NCBI GenBank assembly: GCA_977020255.1
Contig: CDROCS010000253.1
Location: 1,922,001 to 1,986,000 of the forward strand
Origin: Obrimoposthia wandeli
Taxonomy: Eukaryota
Length of the DNA stretch: 64,000 nt
Direction: 5' to 3'
In this document: piece by piece, positions 1-12,157 of the stretch
Layout: every line of letters begins with the position of its first letter
Position numbering within the stretch: position 1 is the first letter of the stretch
Position numbers and translations under genes: made by a program
The notes under the pieces: generated by a model
Databases searched by the model: none
Told to the model about the DNA's origin: nothing
What the model saw: only the letters and a program-made list of their open reading frames with translations

Positions 1-2
1 CT

Positions 3-536
3 ATTGAACGGGCAATAATGAATCAAACCCGTACTATTCGATTACCCATACATGTTGTTAAAGAACTTAATATTTATTTACGTGCTTCGCGTGAATTAAT
101 TCAAAAACTCGATCATGAACCTACTGCCGAAGATATTGCACAGCACCTAGATAAGCCTGTCGCCGACGTTAATAAGATGTTGAGATTAAATGAGCGTATT
201 GCTTCTGTAGACACTCCTTTTGCAGGAGATTCAGATAAAGCTTTATTAGATGTTATTTCGGATGAAAAAAGTACAGGTCCTGAAAGTGACTTACAGTCAG
301 AAGATATGAGTAATAATATTATTCACTGGTTGAATGAGCTAAATACCAAGCAAAGGGAAGTGTTGGCAAGACGTTTTGGTTTACTTGGGTATGAAGCGGC
401 AACACTAGAGAATGTTGGCCGTGAAATTGGTTTAACACGTGAGCGTGTACGTCAAATTCAAGTGGAGGCATTAAAACGTTTACGTGATATTTTGTCTCAA
501 CAAAATTTGTCAATAGAGGCTATTTTTCAAGCTTAA
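3..536 (+). CDS. rpoS: RNA polymerase sigma factor RpoS, 3' part (gene starts before the window)
   Basis: Frame open from position 3 ([23 protein letters not shown]). Region 4 motif [24 protein letters not shown] is typical of sigma-38. Confidence 0.93.
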   Translation: MERAIMNQTRTIRLPIHVVKELNIYLRASRELIQKLDHEPTAEDIAQHLDKPVADVNKMLRLNERIASVDTPFAGDSDKALLDVISDEKSTGPESDLQSEDMSNNIIHWLNELNTKQREVLARRFGLLGYEAATLENVGREIGLTRERVRQIQVEALKRLRDILSQQNLSIEAIFQA

Positions 537-602
537 ATTAAAATGAGTGATAATTATCTTACGATGAAAAACGTGTAATTATTTGCTCAATAAATAGATA
601 GC

Positions 603-631
603 AAAAAGCAGCAATTACATGCTGCTTTTTT
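603..631 (+). terminator. Intrinsic terminator after rpoS
   Basis: AAAAAGCAGCA-attaca-TGCTGCTTTTTT hairpin with T tail. Confidence 0.75.
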
Positions 632-1146
632 AGTGTCAAAAACTCATCTGATGAATTTTCTTTAACGAATAAATCAGCAGAATTCACTCCTAGATAAATC
701 AATGGTTTGTATTGTTACGTTAAGTTTTCACTACTATGAGAGCCTCTGTGCTGATCTACTTAATAATTATAGCCAGTGCATGGAGAATAAATGTAATTAT
801 TAATTAATGTGTCTTTTTTCTGCAAATGGCTCTATTAGTAATGCTAAATTATTGACTATAACTGCGCAAAATAGACATTTATAGACGTAAATAGTAATGA
901 AAAATTTAAAATGCCCGTAGAATAAAAAGGTCATTTTGTGGTAATATCGCGCCAGAAAAATTTAACTTAGAGCCAGTGAGTCTTTTTCTTTAGTGGCAAC
1001 ACTAAAATTAATTCTTTACTGAAATACACTGAAATTGGCGAATTTATTTTTATCTAATTGATATTAAAGCTTTTTATGCTTTGATTTTTGTTGGGTAAAC
1101 TAATTAACTGATTTTTATACTCCCATCAAAAGTAGTGCAAGTGTTT

Positions 1147-2484
1147 ATGATTACAATAAAAAAAGGCTTGGATGTTCCTGTAAAAGGCGCTCCTCAGCAG
1201 GTAATCCATGATGGTCCGTCCATCAAAACCGTTGCAACACTCGGTGAAGAGTTTGTGGGTATGCGTCCAACCATGTTTGTTAAAGTGGGTGACCGCGTAA
1301 AAAAAGGTCAGGTGATTTTTGAAGATAAAAAAAATCCTGGCGTTAAATTCACAGCTCAAGCTGCCGGTGTTGTTAAAGAAATTAACCGCGGTGAAAAACG
1401 TGTTTTACAATCAGTTGTTATCGATGTTGATGGCAACGATCAAGAAACGTTTACTGTTTATCCTGTAACTAAATTTGCTTCCTTAGCACGTGAAGACGTT
1501 GTTAAAAACCTAGTCGACTCAGGTTTATGGACAGCATTTAGAACGCGTCCATTTAGTAAAGTACCCGCAATTGATAGTGCACCTGCTGCGATTTTTGTTA
1601 GTGCAATGGATACTAATCCATTGGCGGCAAATCCAGAAATCATTATTAATGAACAAAGTGAAGCGTTTAAAAATGGTTTAATCATTTTATCTCGTTTAAC
1701 TGACGGTGAAGTATTTGTTAGTAAAGCGCCAGGGGCAAATATCCCTGTAGATAACAATGCAACAGTGACTGAGTTTGCTGGTAAGCATCCTGCAGGCCTT
1801 GTAGGTACGCATATTCACTTCTTAAAATCAGCGAGTGCCGAGAGATTTGTTTGGCATGTTGGTTATCAAGATGTTATCGCTTTTGCTAAATTATTCACTA
1901 CAGGTGAAATCGATAATACTCGTATCATTTCACTTGCCGGTCCTGCTGCCACTAACCCACGTTTAGTACGTACGGTTTTAGGCGCGAGCACTGCTGAATT
2001 ATCAGCAGGCGAAACCGTTAAAGGTGAATTACGTGTTGTTTCTGGCTCATTATTAATGGGTGCAACAGCGAGCGCAGTTCACGGCTACTTAGGTCGTTAT
2101 AGTGTGCAAGTATCATTAATTCTTGAAGGTCGTGAAAAAGAATTGATTGGTTACATGTACCCAGGTCCTAATAAGTTCTCGGTAACTCGTGCTTATATGT
2201 CGCACTTTTTCCCGAGTAAGTTATTCAATATGACTACTACGACTAACGGTAGCTCACGTGCCATGGTACCCATTGGTAACTTTGAACGTGTTATGCCATT
2301 AGATATTTTACCTACCTTGTTTTTACGCGATATTTGTTCTGGTGATACCGACGGCGCGCAACAATTAGGTGCCTTAGAGCTAGACGAAGAAGATTTAGCA
2401 CTGTGTACATTTGTTTGCCCAGGCAAAACAGATTACGGTGTAATACTTCGTGATTGCCTAACCACAATCGAAAAGGAAGGTTAG
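1147..2484 (+). CDS. nqrA: Na+-translocating NADH:quinone reductase subunit A
   Basis: [12 protein letters not shown]-terminus (ATG at 1147; the ORF track starts at 1135), GPHPAG-like [14 protein letters not shown]-terminal LCTFVCPGK. First gene of the nqr operon. Confidence 0.97.
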   Translation: MITIKKGLDVPVKGAPQQVIHDGPSIKTVATLGEEFVGMRPTMFVKVGDRVKKGQVIFEDKKNPGVKFTAQAAGVVKEINRGEKRVLQSVVIDVDGNDQETFTVYPVTKFASLAREDVVKNLVDSGLWTAFRTRPFSKVPAIDSAPAAIFVSAMDTNPLAANPEIIINEQSEAFKNGLIILSRLTDGEVFVSKAPGANIPVDNNATVTEFAGKHPAGLVGTHIHFLKSASAERFVWHVGYQDVIAFAKLFTTGEIDNTRIISLAGPAATNPRLVRTVLGASTAELSAGETVKGELRVVSGSLLMGATASAVHGYLGRYSVQVSLILEGREKELIGYMYPGPNKFSVTRAYMSHFFPSKLFNMTTTTNGSSRAMVPIGNFERVMPLDILPTLFLRDICSGDTDGAQQLGALELDEEDLALCTFVCPGKTDYGVILRDCLTTIEKEG

Positions 2485-2486
2485 TC

Positions 2487-3689
2487 ATGGGCTTGAAAAA
2501 GTTTATTGAAGATATAGAACCGCATTTTGAGAAAGGCGGTAAACAAGAGAAATGGTTTGCACTTTATGAAGCCGTTGCTACCGGTTTATTTACACCAGGT
2601 TATGTAAATAAGGGTAAAACCCACGTTCGTGATAGCATCGACTTAAAACGCATCATGATCACAGTATGGCTAGCGGTTTTCCCTGCCATGTTTTTTGGTA
2701 TGTATAACATTGGTTACCAAGCTGTTGATGCATTAGCTGCAGGTTATGCTTTACCACAATCTTGGCAGGTTGATTTATTCAGCTTACTAGGTGGTTCGTT
2801 AACTGCTAGCTCTGGCTGGTCAGACATGATTTTCTATGGCGCGATGTTCTTCCTACCAATCTATGCTGTTACCTTTATTGTTGGTGGTTTTTGGGAAGTC
2901 TTATTTGCCGCAGTGCGTAAACATGAAGTGAATGAAGGTTTCTTCGTTTCTTCTATTTTATTCGCACTTATCCTGCCAGCGAGTATTCCTTTATGGCAAG
3001 TTGCTATTGGTATTACTTTCGGTATCGTTATTGCTAAAGAAATCTTTGGTGGTACAGGTAAAAACTTCTTAAACCCAGCATTAGCGGGTCGTGCGTTTTT
3101 ATTCTTTGCTTACCCAAGCCAAATTTCAGGTGATGCGGTATGGGTTGCTGCTGATGGTTTCTCTGGCGCTACTATGCTTAGCTCTGCTAGCCAAGGTCTT
3201 GTTGATTACTCAATAAATACTGATTGGTGGAATGCTTTCTGGGGTTTCATTCCTGGTTCAGTAGGTGAAGTTTCTACTTTTGCTATTTTATTGGGTGGTG
3301 CTTACATTCTTTATAAAGGCATTGCTTCTTGGCGCATCGTATTAGGTGTGTTTGGCGGTATGGTTGTTACCTCATTGTTATTCAATGCTATTGGTAGTGA
3401 AACTAATGCTATGTTTGCTATGCCTTGGCATTGGCACTTAGTTATTGGTGGTTTTGCTTTTGGTATGATGTTTATGGCAACTGACCCTGTTTCTGCTTCG
3501 TTCACCAATACAGGTAAATACTGGTTTGGCGGTTTAGTTGGCGTGATGGTGGTATTGGTTCGTGTTGTTAACCCAGCATTCCCAGAAGGTATGATGTTAG
3601 CTATTTTATTCGCTAACTTGTTCGCACCATTGTTTGACTACTTTGTAGTACAAGGCAATATCAAACGGAGGCTTGCACGTAATGTCTAG
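2487..3689 (+). CDS. nqrB: Na+-NQR subunit B
   Basis: [19 protein letters not shown] start (ATG 2487), FMN site [27 protein letters not shown]. Confidence 0.97.
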   Translation: MGLKKFIEDIEPHFEKGGKQEKWFALYEAVATGLFTPGYVNKGKTHVRDSIDLKRIMITVWLAVFPAMFFGMYNIGYQAVDALAAGYALPQSWQVDLFSLLGGSLTASSGWSDMIFYGAMFFLPIYAVTFIVGGFWEVLFAAVRKHEVNEGFFVSSILFALILPASIPLWQVAIGITFGIVIAKEIFGGTGKNFLNPALAGRAFLFFAYPSQISGDAVWVAADGFSGATMLSSASQGLVDYSINTDWWNAFWGFIPGSVGEVSTFAILLGGAYILYKGIASWRIVLGVFGGMVVTSLLFNAIGSETNAMFAMPWHWHLVIGGFAFGMMFMATDPVSASFTNTGKYWFGGLVGVMVVLVRVVNPAFPEGMMLAILFANLFAPLFDYFVVQGNIKRRLARNV

Positions 3690-4452
3690 TAATAAAGAAA
3701 CATTTGGCAGAACCCTAGGTTTTGTTTTAGTTATCTGTTTAGTGTGTGCTGCCCTGGTATCTATTGCCGCGGTTGGTCTAAAACCACTACAACAAGCTAA
3801 TAAATTGCTTGATAAGCAAACTAAAATTCTTGAAGCATCGGGTTTATTGGCTGATGCAGGTAAAGATATTGTAGGAACTTATAACAAACGTGTTGTAGCT
3901 AAAATGATTGACCTTAAAACAGGTACAATTATTGAAGGTGATGTTAATACATTTGACGAGCGTTCAGACTCTCGTGATTCAGCAAAAAGTACTAAACCAA
4001 CGCATGATATAGCAGGTCTTAGCCGTCGTGCTGACCGTGCTGTTGTTTATTTGGTTAAAAACGAACAAGGTCAATTAGATACTATTGTACTACCGATTGT
4101 AGGTAGTGGTTTATGGGATCTTATGTATGGCTTTGTTGGTTTAGCAGCTGATTTAAATACGGTTAAAAGTGTTGTTTACTCTGATCTTAAGGAAACTCCA
4201 GGATTAGGCGCAGAAGTGCTTAACCCAAAATGGAAAGCCTTATGGCCGGGTAAAAAAATGTTTGACGAGCAAGGTAATATTGCAATTAAAATCGTTAAGG
4301 GTGGCGCTAAAAAAGGTGACATTCACGGTGTTGATGCATTATCTGGTGCTACATTAACCAGTAATGGTGTGCAGCGTACCTTACGTTTTTGGGTGGGTGA
4401 TGAAGGCTATGGTCCTTTTATTGCTAAATTCCGTAATGGAGGATTGAACTAA
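3682..4452 (+). CDS. nqrC: Na+-NQR subunit C
   Basis: One N-terminal TM helix, HGETPGLG-equivalent [13 protein letters not shown] site [14 protein letters not shown] at 3682 overlaps the nqrB end. Confidence 0.96.
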   Translation: MSSNKETFGRTLGFVLVICLVCAALVSIAAVGLKPLQQANKLLDKQTKILEASGLLADAGKDIVGTYNKRVVAKMIDLKTGTIIEGDVNTFDERSDSRDSAKSTKPTHDIAGLSRRADRAVVYLVKNEQGQLDTIVLPIVGSGLWDLMYGFVGLAADLNTVKSVVYSDLKETPGLGAEVLNPKWKALWPGKKMFDEQGNIAIKIVKGGAKKGDIHGVDALSGATLTSNGVQRTLRFWVGDEGYGPFIAKFRNGGLN

Positions 4453-5075
4453 TGTCTTCAGATACTAAAAAAGTCCTCTTCGGACCTGTTGTTGATAACA
4501 ACCCAATTGCTTTACAAGTACTGGGTGTTTGTTCTGCGCTTGCTGTAACAAGTTCAATGGCTAATGCTTTGGTAATGAGTGTTGCGGTTATGTTAGTAAC
4601 AGCATTCTCAAACTTGTTTATTTCGATTATTCGTAATCAAATACCATCAAGTGTACGTATTATCGTGCAAATGGCGATTATTGCTTCACTAGTAATCGTT
4701 GTTGACCAAGTATTGAAAGCTTTCTCTTACCAATTATCAAAAGAATTATCGGTTTATATTGGTTTGATTATTACTAACTGTATTGTTATGGGACGTGCTG
4801 AAGCTTTTGCTATGAAAGAAAAGCCTGGCGTGAGTTTCTTAGACGGTCTTGGTAATGGCTTAGGCTATGGTGCAGTCTTAATGGTTGTTGCTTTCTTCCG
4901 TGAATTATTTGGTTTTGGTACCTTATTTGGTGCTGAAGTTCTACCTTTGATCCAAAATGGTGGTTGGTACCAAGGTAATGGTCTATTAGTATTACCTTTT
5001 AGTTCATTCTTCATAATTGGTCTAATCATCTGGGCTGTACGCCAGTGGAAACCAGAACAAGTTGAGAAGGATTAA
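4452..5075 (+). CDS. nqrD: Na+-NQR subunit D
   Basis: [18 protein letters not shown] and [17 protein letters not shown] motifs. Confidence 0.97.
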   Translation: MSSDTKKVLFGPVVDNNPIALQVLGVCSALAVTSSMANALVMSVAVMLVTAFSNLFISIIRNQIPSSVRIIVQMAIIASLVIVVDQVLKAFSYQLSKELSVYIGLIITNCIVMGRAEAFAMKEKPGVSFLDGLGNGLGYGAVLMVVAFFRELFGFGTLFGAEVLPLIQNGGWYQGNGLLVLPFSSFFIIGLIIWAVRQWKPEQVEKD

Positions 5076-5077
5076 TC

Positions 5078-5701
5078 ATGGAACATTATTTAAGCATATT
5101 TGTTAAAACCATATTTATTGAGAATATGGCGTTAAGCTTCTTCTTAGGTATGTGTACTTTCTTAGCGGTATCAAAGAAAGTTAGCACAGCGATTGGTTTA
5201 GGTGTTGCGGTTGTGGTAGTACTTGGTTTGGCAGTTCCTGCTAACCAAATTATCTACCAAGCAATTTTAGCGCCGGGTGCACTTGATAGCCTAATGGGAA
5301 TTACTGATCCGAAAGAATCAATTGACCTTAGCTTCTTGTCATTTATTACCTTTATCGGTGTTATTGCTGCGTTAGTACAAATTTTGGAAATGTTGTTAGA
5401 TAAGTATTTCCCTGCTTTGTATCAAGCGCTTGGTATCTTCTTACCTTTAATCACAGTTAACTGTGCCATTTTTGGTGCAGTATCATTTATGGTTGCGAAA
5501 AACCTTACCCTTGGCGAAAGTGTCGTTTACGGCGTTGGTTCTGGTATAGGTTGGATGTTAGCAATTGTATTGATGGCTGGTTTGCGCGAAAAGATGAAAT
5601 ATTCTGATGTGCCAAACGGTTTGAAAGGTTTAGGTATTACATTTATTACTGCTGGATTGATGGCTTTTGGCTTTCTTTCTTTCGGTGGTATTTCGTTATA
5701 A
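5078..5701 (+). CDS. nqrE: Na+-NQR subunit E
   Basis: [20 protein letters not shown] and [13 protein letters not shown] motifs. Confidence 0.97.
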   Translation: MEHYLSIFVKTIFIENMALSFFLGMCTFLAVSKKVSTAIGLGVAVVVVLGLAVPANQIIYQAILAPGALDSLMGITDPKESIDLSFLSFITFIGVIAALVQILEMLLDKYFPALYQALGIFLPLITVNCAIFGAVSFMVAKNLTLGESVVYGVGSGIGWMLAIVLMAGLREKMKYSDVPNGLKGLGITFITAGLMAFGFLSFGGISL

Positions 5702-5763
5702 ATTTGGTCGGTGTAATGCAAATTTTGTGTGTTACACCCTTAGAGAAGTTTAAGGAATAGTCG

Positions 5764-6987
5764 ATGGAAATTATTCTCGGCGTATCGATGTTTACCGCGA
5801 TAATTATTGCCTTAGTCTTAGTGATTTTATTTGCTAAATCTAAGTTAGTATCAAGTGGTGAAGTAACGATCAGTATAAATGGCGACCCGGCAAAAGCAGT
5901 GAAAACGGCTGCAGGCGGAAAATTATTAGGTGCACTAGCTGATCAAGGAATTTTTATTCCTTCAGCATGTGGTGGCGGTGGTACTTGTGGCCAATGTCGT
6001 GTAGATGTGCATTCAGGTGGTGGCGATATTCTTCCTACGGAAGAAGGTCACATCAATAAACGTGAAGCCAAAACTGGCTGTCGTTTAGCGTGTCAAGTTG
6101 CTGTTAAACAGGACATGGATATTGTAGTTGAAGATGAAATCTTCGGTGTTCAACAATGGGAATGTGAAGTTATCTCTAACGATAACAAAGCAACGTTCAT
6201 TAAAGAACTGAAACTACAAATTCCAAATGGTGAATCAGTTCCGTTTAAAGCGGGTGGTTATATTCAAATTGAAGCACCAGCACATCATGTTAAATATAGT
6301 GATTTTGATATTGATGAACAGTACCGTGGAGATTGGAAACATTTTGGTTTCTTCGACGTAGAGTCAAAAGTAGACACAGATACATTACGTGCTTACTCAA
6401 TGGCTAACTACCCAGAAGAAGCGGGCATTATTATGCTTAATGTACGTATTGCTACGCCTCCTCCAGGACGTTTACATTTACCAGCGGGTAAAATGTCATC
6501 ATTTATTTTCAGTCTTAAAGCTGGTGATAAAGTCACTATTTCTGGTCCATTTGGCGAGTTCTTCGCTAAAGAAACTGATAATGAAATGGTCTTTATCGGT
6601 GGTGGTGCTGGTATGGCGCCAATGCGTTCTCATATCTTTGACCAACTTAAGCGTTTAGAATCTAAACGTAAGATGAGTTTCTGGTATGGTGCTCGTTCTA
6701 AGCGCGAAATGTTCTATGAAGATGATTATAACGGCCTAGCGGCTGACAATGACAACTTCCAATGGCATGTTGCTTTATCTGATCCACAACCTGAAGATAA
6801 CTGGGATGGCTTAACTGGTTTTATCCATAATGTTCTTTTTGAAGAATATTTGAAAGACCATGAAGCACCAGAAGATTGTGAATACTACATGTGTGGTCCA
6901 CCAATGATGAATGCTGCTGTTATCGGTATGCTTAAAGATCTTGGTGTTGAAGATGAGAATATAATGCTGGATGACTTCGGCGGCTAA
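5764..6987 (+). CDS. nqrF: Na+-NQR subunit F (2Fe-2S, FAD, NADH binding)
   Basis: [12 protein letters not shown]...RLACQ ferredoxin motif, [25 protein letters not shown], ends DDFGG. Confidence 0.98.
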   Translation: MEIILGVSMFTAIIIALVLVILFAKSKLVSSGEVTISINGDPAKAVKTAAGGKLLGALADQGIFIPSACGGGGTCGQCRVDVHSGGGDILPTEEGHINKREAKTGCRLACQVAVKQDMDIVVEDEIFGVQQWECEVISNDNKATFIKELKLQIPNGESVPFKAGGYIQIEAPAHHVKYSDFDIDEQYRGDWKHFGFFDVESKVDTDTLRAYSMANYPEEAGIIMLNVRIATPPPGRLHLPAGKMSSFIFSLKAGDKVTISGPFGEFFAKETDNEMVFIGGGAGMAPMRSHIFDQLKRLESKRKMSFWYGARSKREMFYEDDYNGLAADNDNFQWHVALSDPQPEDNWDGLTGFIHNVLFEEYLKDHEAPEDCEYYMCGPPMMNAAVIGMLKDLGVEDENIMLDDFGG

Positions 6988-7027
6988 TTGTTTATTTTAA
7001 CTTGTCTATTATCTTGATTTCGTCGTC

Positions 7028-7064
7028 GGCTGTGCTCATTGACTAACGTCAACTCCGCGCAGCC
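7028..7064 (+). repeat. 29-bp hairpin repeat family, copy 1 (core 7032-7060)
   Basis: GTGCTCATTGAC-taac-GTCAACTCCGCGC. Four more copies at 41749, 43621, 52267 and 52744. Confidence 0.85.
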
Positions 7065-7129
7065 TTCTCGAACTAAAGGCAATATTCAGCGTTAAACTTT
7101 AAACAATAATGTATCGAATAAGCATTTTA

Positions 7130-7157
7130 AATAAAGACGACTTCGGTCGTCTTTATT
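7130..7157 (+). terminator. Hairpin/terminator after nqrF
   Basis: AATAAAGACGAC-TTCG-GTCGTCTTTATT, a perfect 12-bp stem with a cUUCGg tetraloop. Confidence 0.7.
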
Positions 7158-7219
7158 ATTTATATCAATATATTTTTTAAAAAGAATACATCGATATAAA
7201 TAATAATTTGGAACCACTT

Positions 7220-8251
7220 ATGAATAAAATGAAACTAGCGTTGTTAGCGACTTTGGTACTGGTATTGTCTGCTTGCTTCCCAAGTAATAATACCGGGAAA
7301 AATGAAATATTATTGCAAGGTCGCACTATGGGTACGACGTATAATATTAAAGTTGTTGGCACTAAAGAGCAGGTGGAAATGCTTAAATTACAGCAGAAAA
7401 TTGATACAGCGCTGGAACAAGTTAACCAAGAGATGTCGACTTATATTAAAAACTCGGAGATCTCGAAGTTCAATCAATCAACCTCAACCGAAGCTATTGA
7501 AGTTTCACCAGGTTTTGCTCGTGTCCTTAAAGAATCTATTCGTTTAGGTCAATTAAGTGAAGGTAAGCTTGATGTTACCGTTGGACCTTTAGTTAACCTT
7601 TGGGGTTTTGGCCCTGAGCAACGACCTGAAACTGTTCCGAGTGATGAAATATTAGCGGTGACTAAAAAGCGTGTCGGTTTACAAAACTTGGTATTAAAAG
7701 GCAATCTGCTTTCTAAAAAAATACCTGACTTATATATCGATTTATCTACTATTGCTAAAGGTTACGGTGTCGATGTTGTTGCTGAGTTAATTGAAAGTAA
7801 TGGATTTACTCGTTACTTAGTCGAAATTGGTGGAGAAATGCGATTAAGAGGCTTTAAACACACAGGTGAACTGTGGGCCATTGCAATAGAGAAACCAATT
7901 CTTGATCCAAGTGGTGAAGAACGCGCTGTTCATCAAGTCATTATTCCTAAAGATAATGCTGTAGCTACTTCTGGTGATTACCGGAATTATTTTGAAGTCG
8001 AAGGCCGACGTTTTTCACATATTATTAATCCAGATACGGGTAAACCTATTGACCATAATTTAGTGTCGGTAACCGTAATCCACCCTTCGTCTATGACCGC
8101 TGATGGGTTATCAACCACCTTAATGGTGATGGGGATGGAAAAAGGAATGGTTTTTGCTACCAAAAATAACCTTGCAGCATTATTTATTTCTAAGACCGAA
8201 AATGGCTTTGATGAGCGATTTACGGTAAAATTCAAACAATATTTGAAATAA
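7220..8251 (+). CDS. apbE: FAD:protein FMN transferase (ApbE family lipoprotein)
   Basis: Lipobox LSAC, GRTMGTTY, IDLSTIAKGYGVD, ATSGDYRNYF, HIINPDTG, MTADGLST. Follows nqrF. Start could be TTG 7208 or a nearby ATG. Confidence 0.94.
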   Translation: MNKMKLALLATLVLVLSACFPSNNTGKNEILLQGRTMGTTYNIKVVGTKEQVEMLKLQQKIDTALEQVNQEMSTYIKNSEISKFNQSTSTEAIEVSPGFARVLKESIRLGQLSEGKLDVTVGPLVNLWGFGPEQRPETVPSDEILAVTKKRVGLQNLVLKGNLLSKKIPDLYIDLSTIAKGYGVDVVAELIESNGFTRYLVEIGGEMRLRGFKHTGELWAIAIEKPILDPSGEERAVHQVIIPKDNAVATSGDYRNYFEVEGRRFSHIINPDTGKPIDHNLVSVTVIHPSSMTADGLSTTLMVMGMEKGMVFATKNNLAALFISKTENGFDERFTVKFKQYLK

Positions 8252-8390
8252 CACGAATTCGTATAGCCCTATAATAGTTAGTGGCAATTTCTTATTTTAA
8301 GAAATCCATACGAATGACATTTATTACAATGACTCTTGTCCAGAGCATTGGCTGTTTCTAGTTAAATAAGTAAGTTGAGAGCATAAAATT

Positions 8391-8621
8391 ATGATGATAT
8401 TTTTTATTTCCTTTGGGTTTTTCCTTCTTGTCGGTGCTGCTATGGCAGTGGGTTATATTTTTCAAAATAAAACGCTGGCAGGTAGTTGTGGTGGTTTAGC
8501 AAGCGTTGGCATTGATAAAGAATGTAACTGTGATAACCCGTGTGAAAAGCGACAAGAGCGTGAGAAAAAAGCAGCGCTTGAGTTCAACCTACAAAATAGA
8601 ATTGATGTAGAGAATTTATAG
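8391..8621 (+). CDS. nqrM: Na+-NQR maturation factor NqrM (DUF539)
   Basis: N-terminal TM helix, then GSCGGL..C.C..PC four-Cys motif. Canonical position after apbE. Confidence 0.88.
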   Translation: MMIFFISFGFFLLVGAAMAVGYIFQNKTLAGSCGGLASVGIDKECNCDNPCEKRQEREKKAALEFNLQNRIDVENL

Positions 8622-8661
8622 TATTTAACTAAGTTACCAACTTTGTTGTAAATACTCTACT

Positions 8662-8703
8662 AATAAAAAAGGATAATGAATTACTTCATTATCCTTTTTT
8701 ATT
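8662..8703. terminator. Bidirectional terminator between nqrM and dxs
   Basis: AATAAAAAAGGATAATGAA-ttac-TTCATTATCCTTTTTTATT. Confidence 0.8.
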
Positions 8704-8735
8704 ACTTATTTTTTCTGATATAACTTGTAATAAAA

Positions 8736-10628
8736 TTAACTAATAAAGCGCTTTATTTTACTAACAATACCTTCGGCGTCTAAACCTAATTCATGATGTA
8801 CTTCTTCTTGAGTACCATGTTTAACAAAATGGTCTGCAACACCAATATTTAAGATACAAACGGGTTTACCTTGAGCAAGTAGATATTCGTTTACGGCTGA
8901 GCCTGCGCCACCAGCTATGGCATTATCTTCAATCGTTACCAAACAGTCATGCTTGGCATTTAATGCATCAATAAGTGTTTCATCCAGCGGTTTAACAAAG
9001 CGCATATCTACTAGTGTTGCATTAAGCTCTAAAGCCGCTTTTTTTGCTTCACCTAACATAGAGCCAAAACTTAATATGGCGATGCTATTGCCTGTTTGTT
9101 CTTTGTTTTCTAAGTCTTCTGCATTAAGGATGGTTACACCTTTACCTAATTCAATGGTTTCATCAACACCAGGTAGAATTTCTCCTGTGCCGTTACCGCG
9201 AGGGTAGCGGACAACGCTAGGGCCATTTAATTTAAAACCAGTGTTTAACATTAACTGGCATTCTCGTTCATTAGACGGCGCCATAATTACAGTATTAGGA
9301 ATACAGCGTAAAAAGCTTAAATCGAAAACTCCCTGATGAGTCGCACCATCAGCACCTACTATGCCAGCACGGTCAACAGCAAACATTACCGGTAAGTTTT
9401 GTATAGCGACATCGTGAATGAATTGATCGTAACCACGTTGTAAAAAACTAGAGTAAATGGCGACGACTGGTTTTAGACCACCAATTGCAAGGCCTGCAGC
9501 ATACGTTACTGAATGTTGTTCAGCAATCGCTACATCATAGTATTGGTCTGGGAAACGCTGGCTAAACTCAACCATACCAGAGCCTTCAGCCATAGCAGGA
9601 GTAACCGCAACTAACTTTTTATCAACTTCAGCTGTTTTACACAACCAATCGCCAAAAATTTTCGAATAAGTAGGTAAGCTCGGTTTTGACTGAGGTAAGT
9701 TCGTTTCTTCAGGATTAAACTTTGGTACTGCGTGATATTTTATCGGGTCTTGCTCTGCGGCATGATAGCCCTTACCTTTCGTGGTAACTACATGTAAAAA
9801 TTGTGGTCCTTTCAGGCTACGCATGTTTTTAATTGTTGTGACTAAGCTTTCGACGTCGTGACCATCAATAGGACCAATATAGTTAAACCCTAGCTCTTCA
9901 AAAAAAGTACTGGGTACAACCATGCCTTTTAAATGTTCTTCAGCGCGGCTAGCAAGTTCTTTTATTGGCGGGATATTGCCTAATAATTTTTTGCTGCCTT
10001 CTCGAAAACCAGTAAAAATACTACCTGATAGTAATTTAGCTAAATGGTTGTTTAATGCGCCCACATTTTTTGAAATTGACATATCATTATCATTTAAGAT
10101 GACTAACATATCTTTTTTGATATCACCCGCGTGGTTCAATGCTTCAAAAGCCATACCTGCGGTCATAGCGCCATCGCCAATAACGGCGACCGTTTTACGA
10201 TTTTTTGCTTCTTTTTCAGCGGCTACAGCTAAACCTAAAGCGGCAGAAATTGAGGTACTTGAATGGCCTACGCTTAAGGTATCGTATTCGCTTTCTTCAC
10301 GCCAAGGGAAAGGGTGCAAACCTCCTTTTTGCCTTATAGTGTGAAGTTGCTCACGACGACCTGTTAAAATTTTATGCGGATAAGCCTGATGACCCACATC
10401 CCAAATCAAGTGGTCAAAGGGGGTGTTGTAAACATAATGCAAGGCTACGGTAAGCTCAATTGTGCCAAGGCCTGATGCAAAGTGTCCACTACTTTGACTT
10501 ACTGAATTAAGTAAAAAACTACGCAACTCATTACTAATACGTGTCAGTTGTTCCTGCGGCATATTGCGCAGATCTTCTGGAATATCAATCTGAGAAAGTA
10601 GTGGGTAGTCAGCAAGATTTGTAGTCAT
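8736..10628 (-). CDS. dxs: 1-deoxy-D-xylulose-5-phosphate synthase
   Basis: [44 protein letters not shown]. Likely ATG at 10628. Confidence 0.98.
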   Translation of the reverse strand: MTTNLADYPLLSQIDIPEDLRNMPQEQLTRISNELRSFLLNSVSQSSGHFASGLGTIELTVALHYVYNTPFDHLIWDVGHQAYPHKILTGRREQLHTIRQKGGLHPFPWREESEYDTLSVGHSSTSISAALGLAVAAEKEAKNRKTVAVIGDGAMTAGMAFEALNHAGDIKKDMLVILNDNDMSISKNVGALNNHLAKLLSGSIFTGFREGSKKLLGNIPPIKELASRAEEHLKGMVVPSTFFEELGFNYIGPIDGHDVESLVTTIKNMRSLKGPQFLHVVTTKGKGYHAAEQDPIKYHAVPKFNPEETNLPQSKPSLPTYSKIFGDWLCKTAEVDKKLVAVTPAMAEGSGMVEFSQRFPDQYYDVAIAEQHSVTYAAGLAIGGLKPVVAIYSSFLQRGYDQFIHDVAIQNLPVMFAVDRAGIVGADGATHQGVFDLSFLRCIPNTVIMAPSNERECQLMLNTGFKLNGPSVVRYPRGNGTGEILPGVDETIELGKGVTILNAEDLENKEQTGNSIAILSFGSMLGEAKKAALELNATLVDMRFVKPLDETLIDALNAKHDCLVTIEDNAIAGGAGSAVNEYLLAQGKPVCILNIGVADHFVKHGTQEEVHHELGLDAEGIVSKIKRFIS

Positions 10629-10682
10629 AGTTTGTCTATCGGTAATAATCATTTTATTTAAAGTTTTACTCACTCTACACGC

Positions 10683-11585
10683 TTAGTGGCTGCGTTTAAT
10701 AATAAAAGTGGCAAAATCTGCTAAAGATTGGGTATTGTAAGGTAATCTAGTCAAAGCTTGAAGCGCTTGTTGTAATAAGTTTTGTGCTTTGTCTTGTGCG
10801 CCTTGCAAACCGAGTAGTGCAGGATAAGTACTTTTGTTAGCTGCTAAGTCTGATCCGACGGGTTTACCCAACTCTTCTTCGGTTGACGTTAAATCAATAA
10901 TATCATCTTGTACTTGGTAGGCCAGGCCAATAAGCTGTGCGTATTCGCTTAATATTTTTTGGTGTTCATTGGTGACTTGCTCGCTACACATGGCAGGCAT
11001 TAATACCGATGCTTCTAATAAAGCGCCCGTTTTAAGGGAATGTAACACTTCCAATTCACTGAGTGGAATGTTTTTACCTGTTGCTGCTAAATCCAGCGCT
11101 TGTCCGCCACACATGCCTTGGTAACCAGAAGCGCTAACTAATTGTTGAATTAGCTTAACTTGGATAGGCATTTTAGCAGGGCTTAGATTCGTTGAAAACG
11201 TATGGTTAGCTAAAATATCAAAAGCTAACGTTTGTAAGGCATCACCCGCTAATATTGCCGTTGCTTCATCAAAAGCTTTATGGCAGGTAGGCTTACCGCG
11301 TCTTAAATCATCATCATCCATCGCAGGTAAATCATCATGTAAAAGCGAGTAAGCATGAATACATTCTAGTGCGCCGGCTACCGCGTCAATATCGTTCAAA
11401 TCAGCTGAGATTGCTTCGCCTGTAATATAAGCTAAGTAAGGTCGCATACGCTTTCCGCCAATAAGCAACCCATAACGCATGGCTTCAAGAAGTTTAGTAT
11501 CATTGATGGGAATGCTTTCAAGCTTAGCGGCTAAAAAATCATTAATACGTTGTTGATACTGCTCATAGGACGTCAATATTATCAT
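10683..11585 (-). CDS. ispA: Farnesyl diphosphate synthase
   Basis: GGKRMRP, HAYSLLHDDLPAMDDDDLRRGKPT, HSLKTGAL, YQVQDD. Confidence 0.97.
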   Translation of the reverse strand: MIILTSYEQYQQRINDFLAAKLESIPINDTKLLEAMRYGLLIGGKRMRPYLAYITGEAISADLNDIDAVAGALECIHAYSLLHDDLPAMDDDDLRRGKPTCHKAFDEATAILAGDALQTLAFDILANHTFSTNLSPAKMPIQVKLIQQLVSASGYQGMCGGQALDLAATGKNIPLSELEVLHSLKTGALLEASVLMPAMCSEQVTNEHQKILSEYAQLIGLAYQVQDDIIDLTSTEEELGKPVGSDLAANKSTYPALLGLQGAQDKAQNLLQQALQALTRLPYNTQSLADFATFIIKRSH

Positions 11586-11833
11586 TAACTTTCGCCTGCA
11601 CTACTGTCGAAATCTGTCAGTTTAGCAGTACCATTTTTTTCCAGTAAAATTTGTACTTTTTGCTCTGCAGCTTGTAATTTTACCTGACTTAATTGACTCA
11701 GGTTCAAACCACGTTCAAAAAGTGCCATTGATTCTTCTAGGCTTAATTCACCTTGCTCTAAACTTTGTACTATGGTGTCAAGTTCATTTAATGATTCTTC
11801 AAAAGAGAGATTTTCTAGTTTCTTTTTAGCCAT
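11585..11833 (-). CDS. xseB: Exodeoxyribonuclease VII small subunit
   Basis: SFEESLNELDTIVQSLEQGELSLEESMALFERG. Likely start ATG 11833. Conserved xseB-ispA-dxs order. Confidence 0.94.
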   Translation of the reverse strand: MAKKKLENLSFEESLNELDTIVQSLEQGELSLEESMALFERGLNLSQLSQVKLQAAEQKVQILLEKNGTAKLTDFDSSAGES

Positions 11834-12157
11834 GATTTTTGCTCTAAGCACATAATGATTAATTAATTCCGGCAAACTTACCTTAGCTTGCAACGAGGGT
11901 CAATTAACTTACATCTATTATAGTTCTAAAAATATTTTATCATTAGTGTTAAGTTATTGACACTACGGGCGATAATAAACTTATCTATGTATTTTGTTAT
12001 TAGTAAATTATTCGTTAGATATTAGCGAATACTTTGCACTTAATGTACTATTCTTTTATTGAAGTACGGTCTTACTGCTATTGATTATAAGGAAGTGAGT
12101 ACTTTCTTATACCGATTGGTATTAAAGCGCGGTTAGTTATTGGTTTAGGAGTGTTTT

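Noticed and set aside
872-890. AGACATTT/AGACGTAA Met-box-like words upstream of nqrA
   Set aside because: They are not in the 8-bp tandem register MetJ needs, and there is no functional rationale.
12108-12123. TATACC-gatt-GGTAT mini-palindrome upstream of pomA, a possible MITE scar
   Set aside because: Too short to distinguish from chance in AT-rich DNA.
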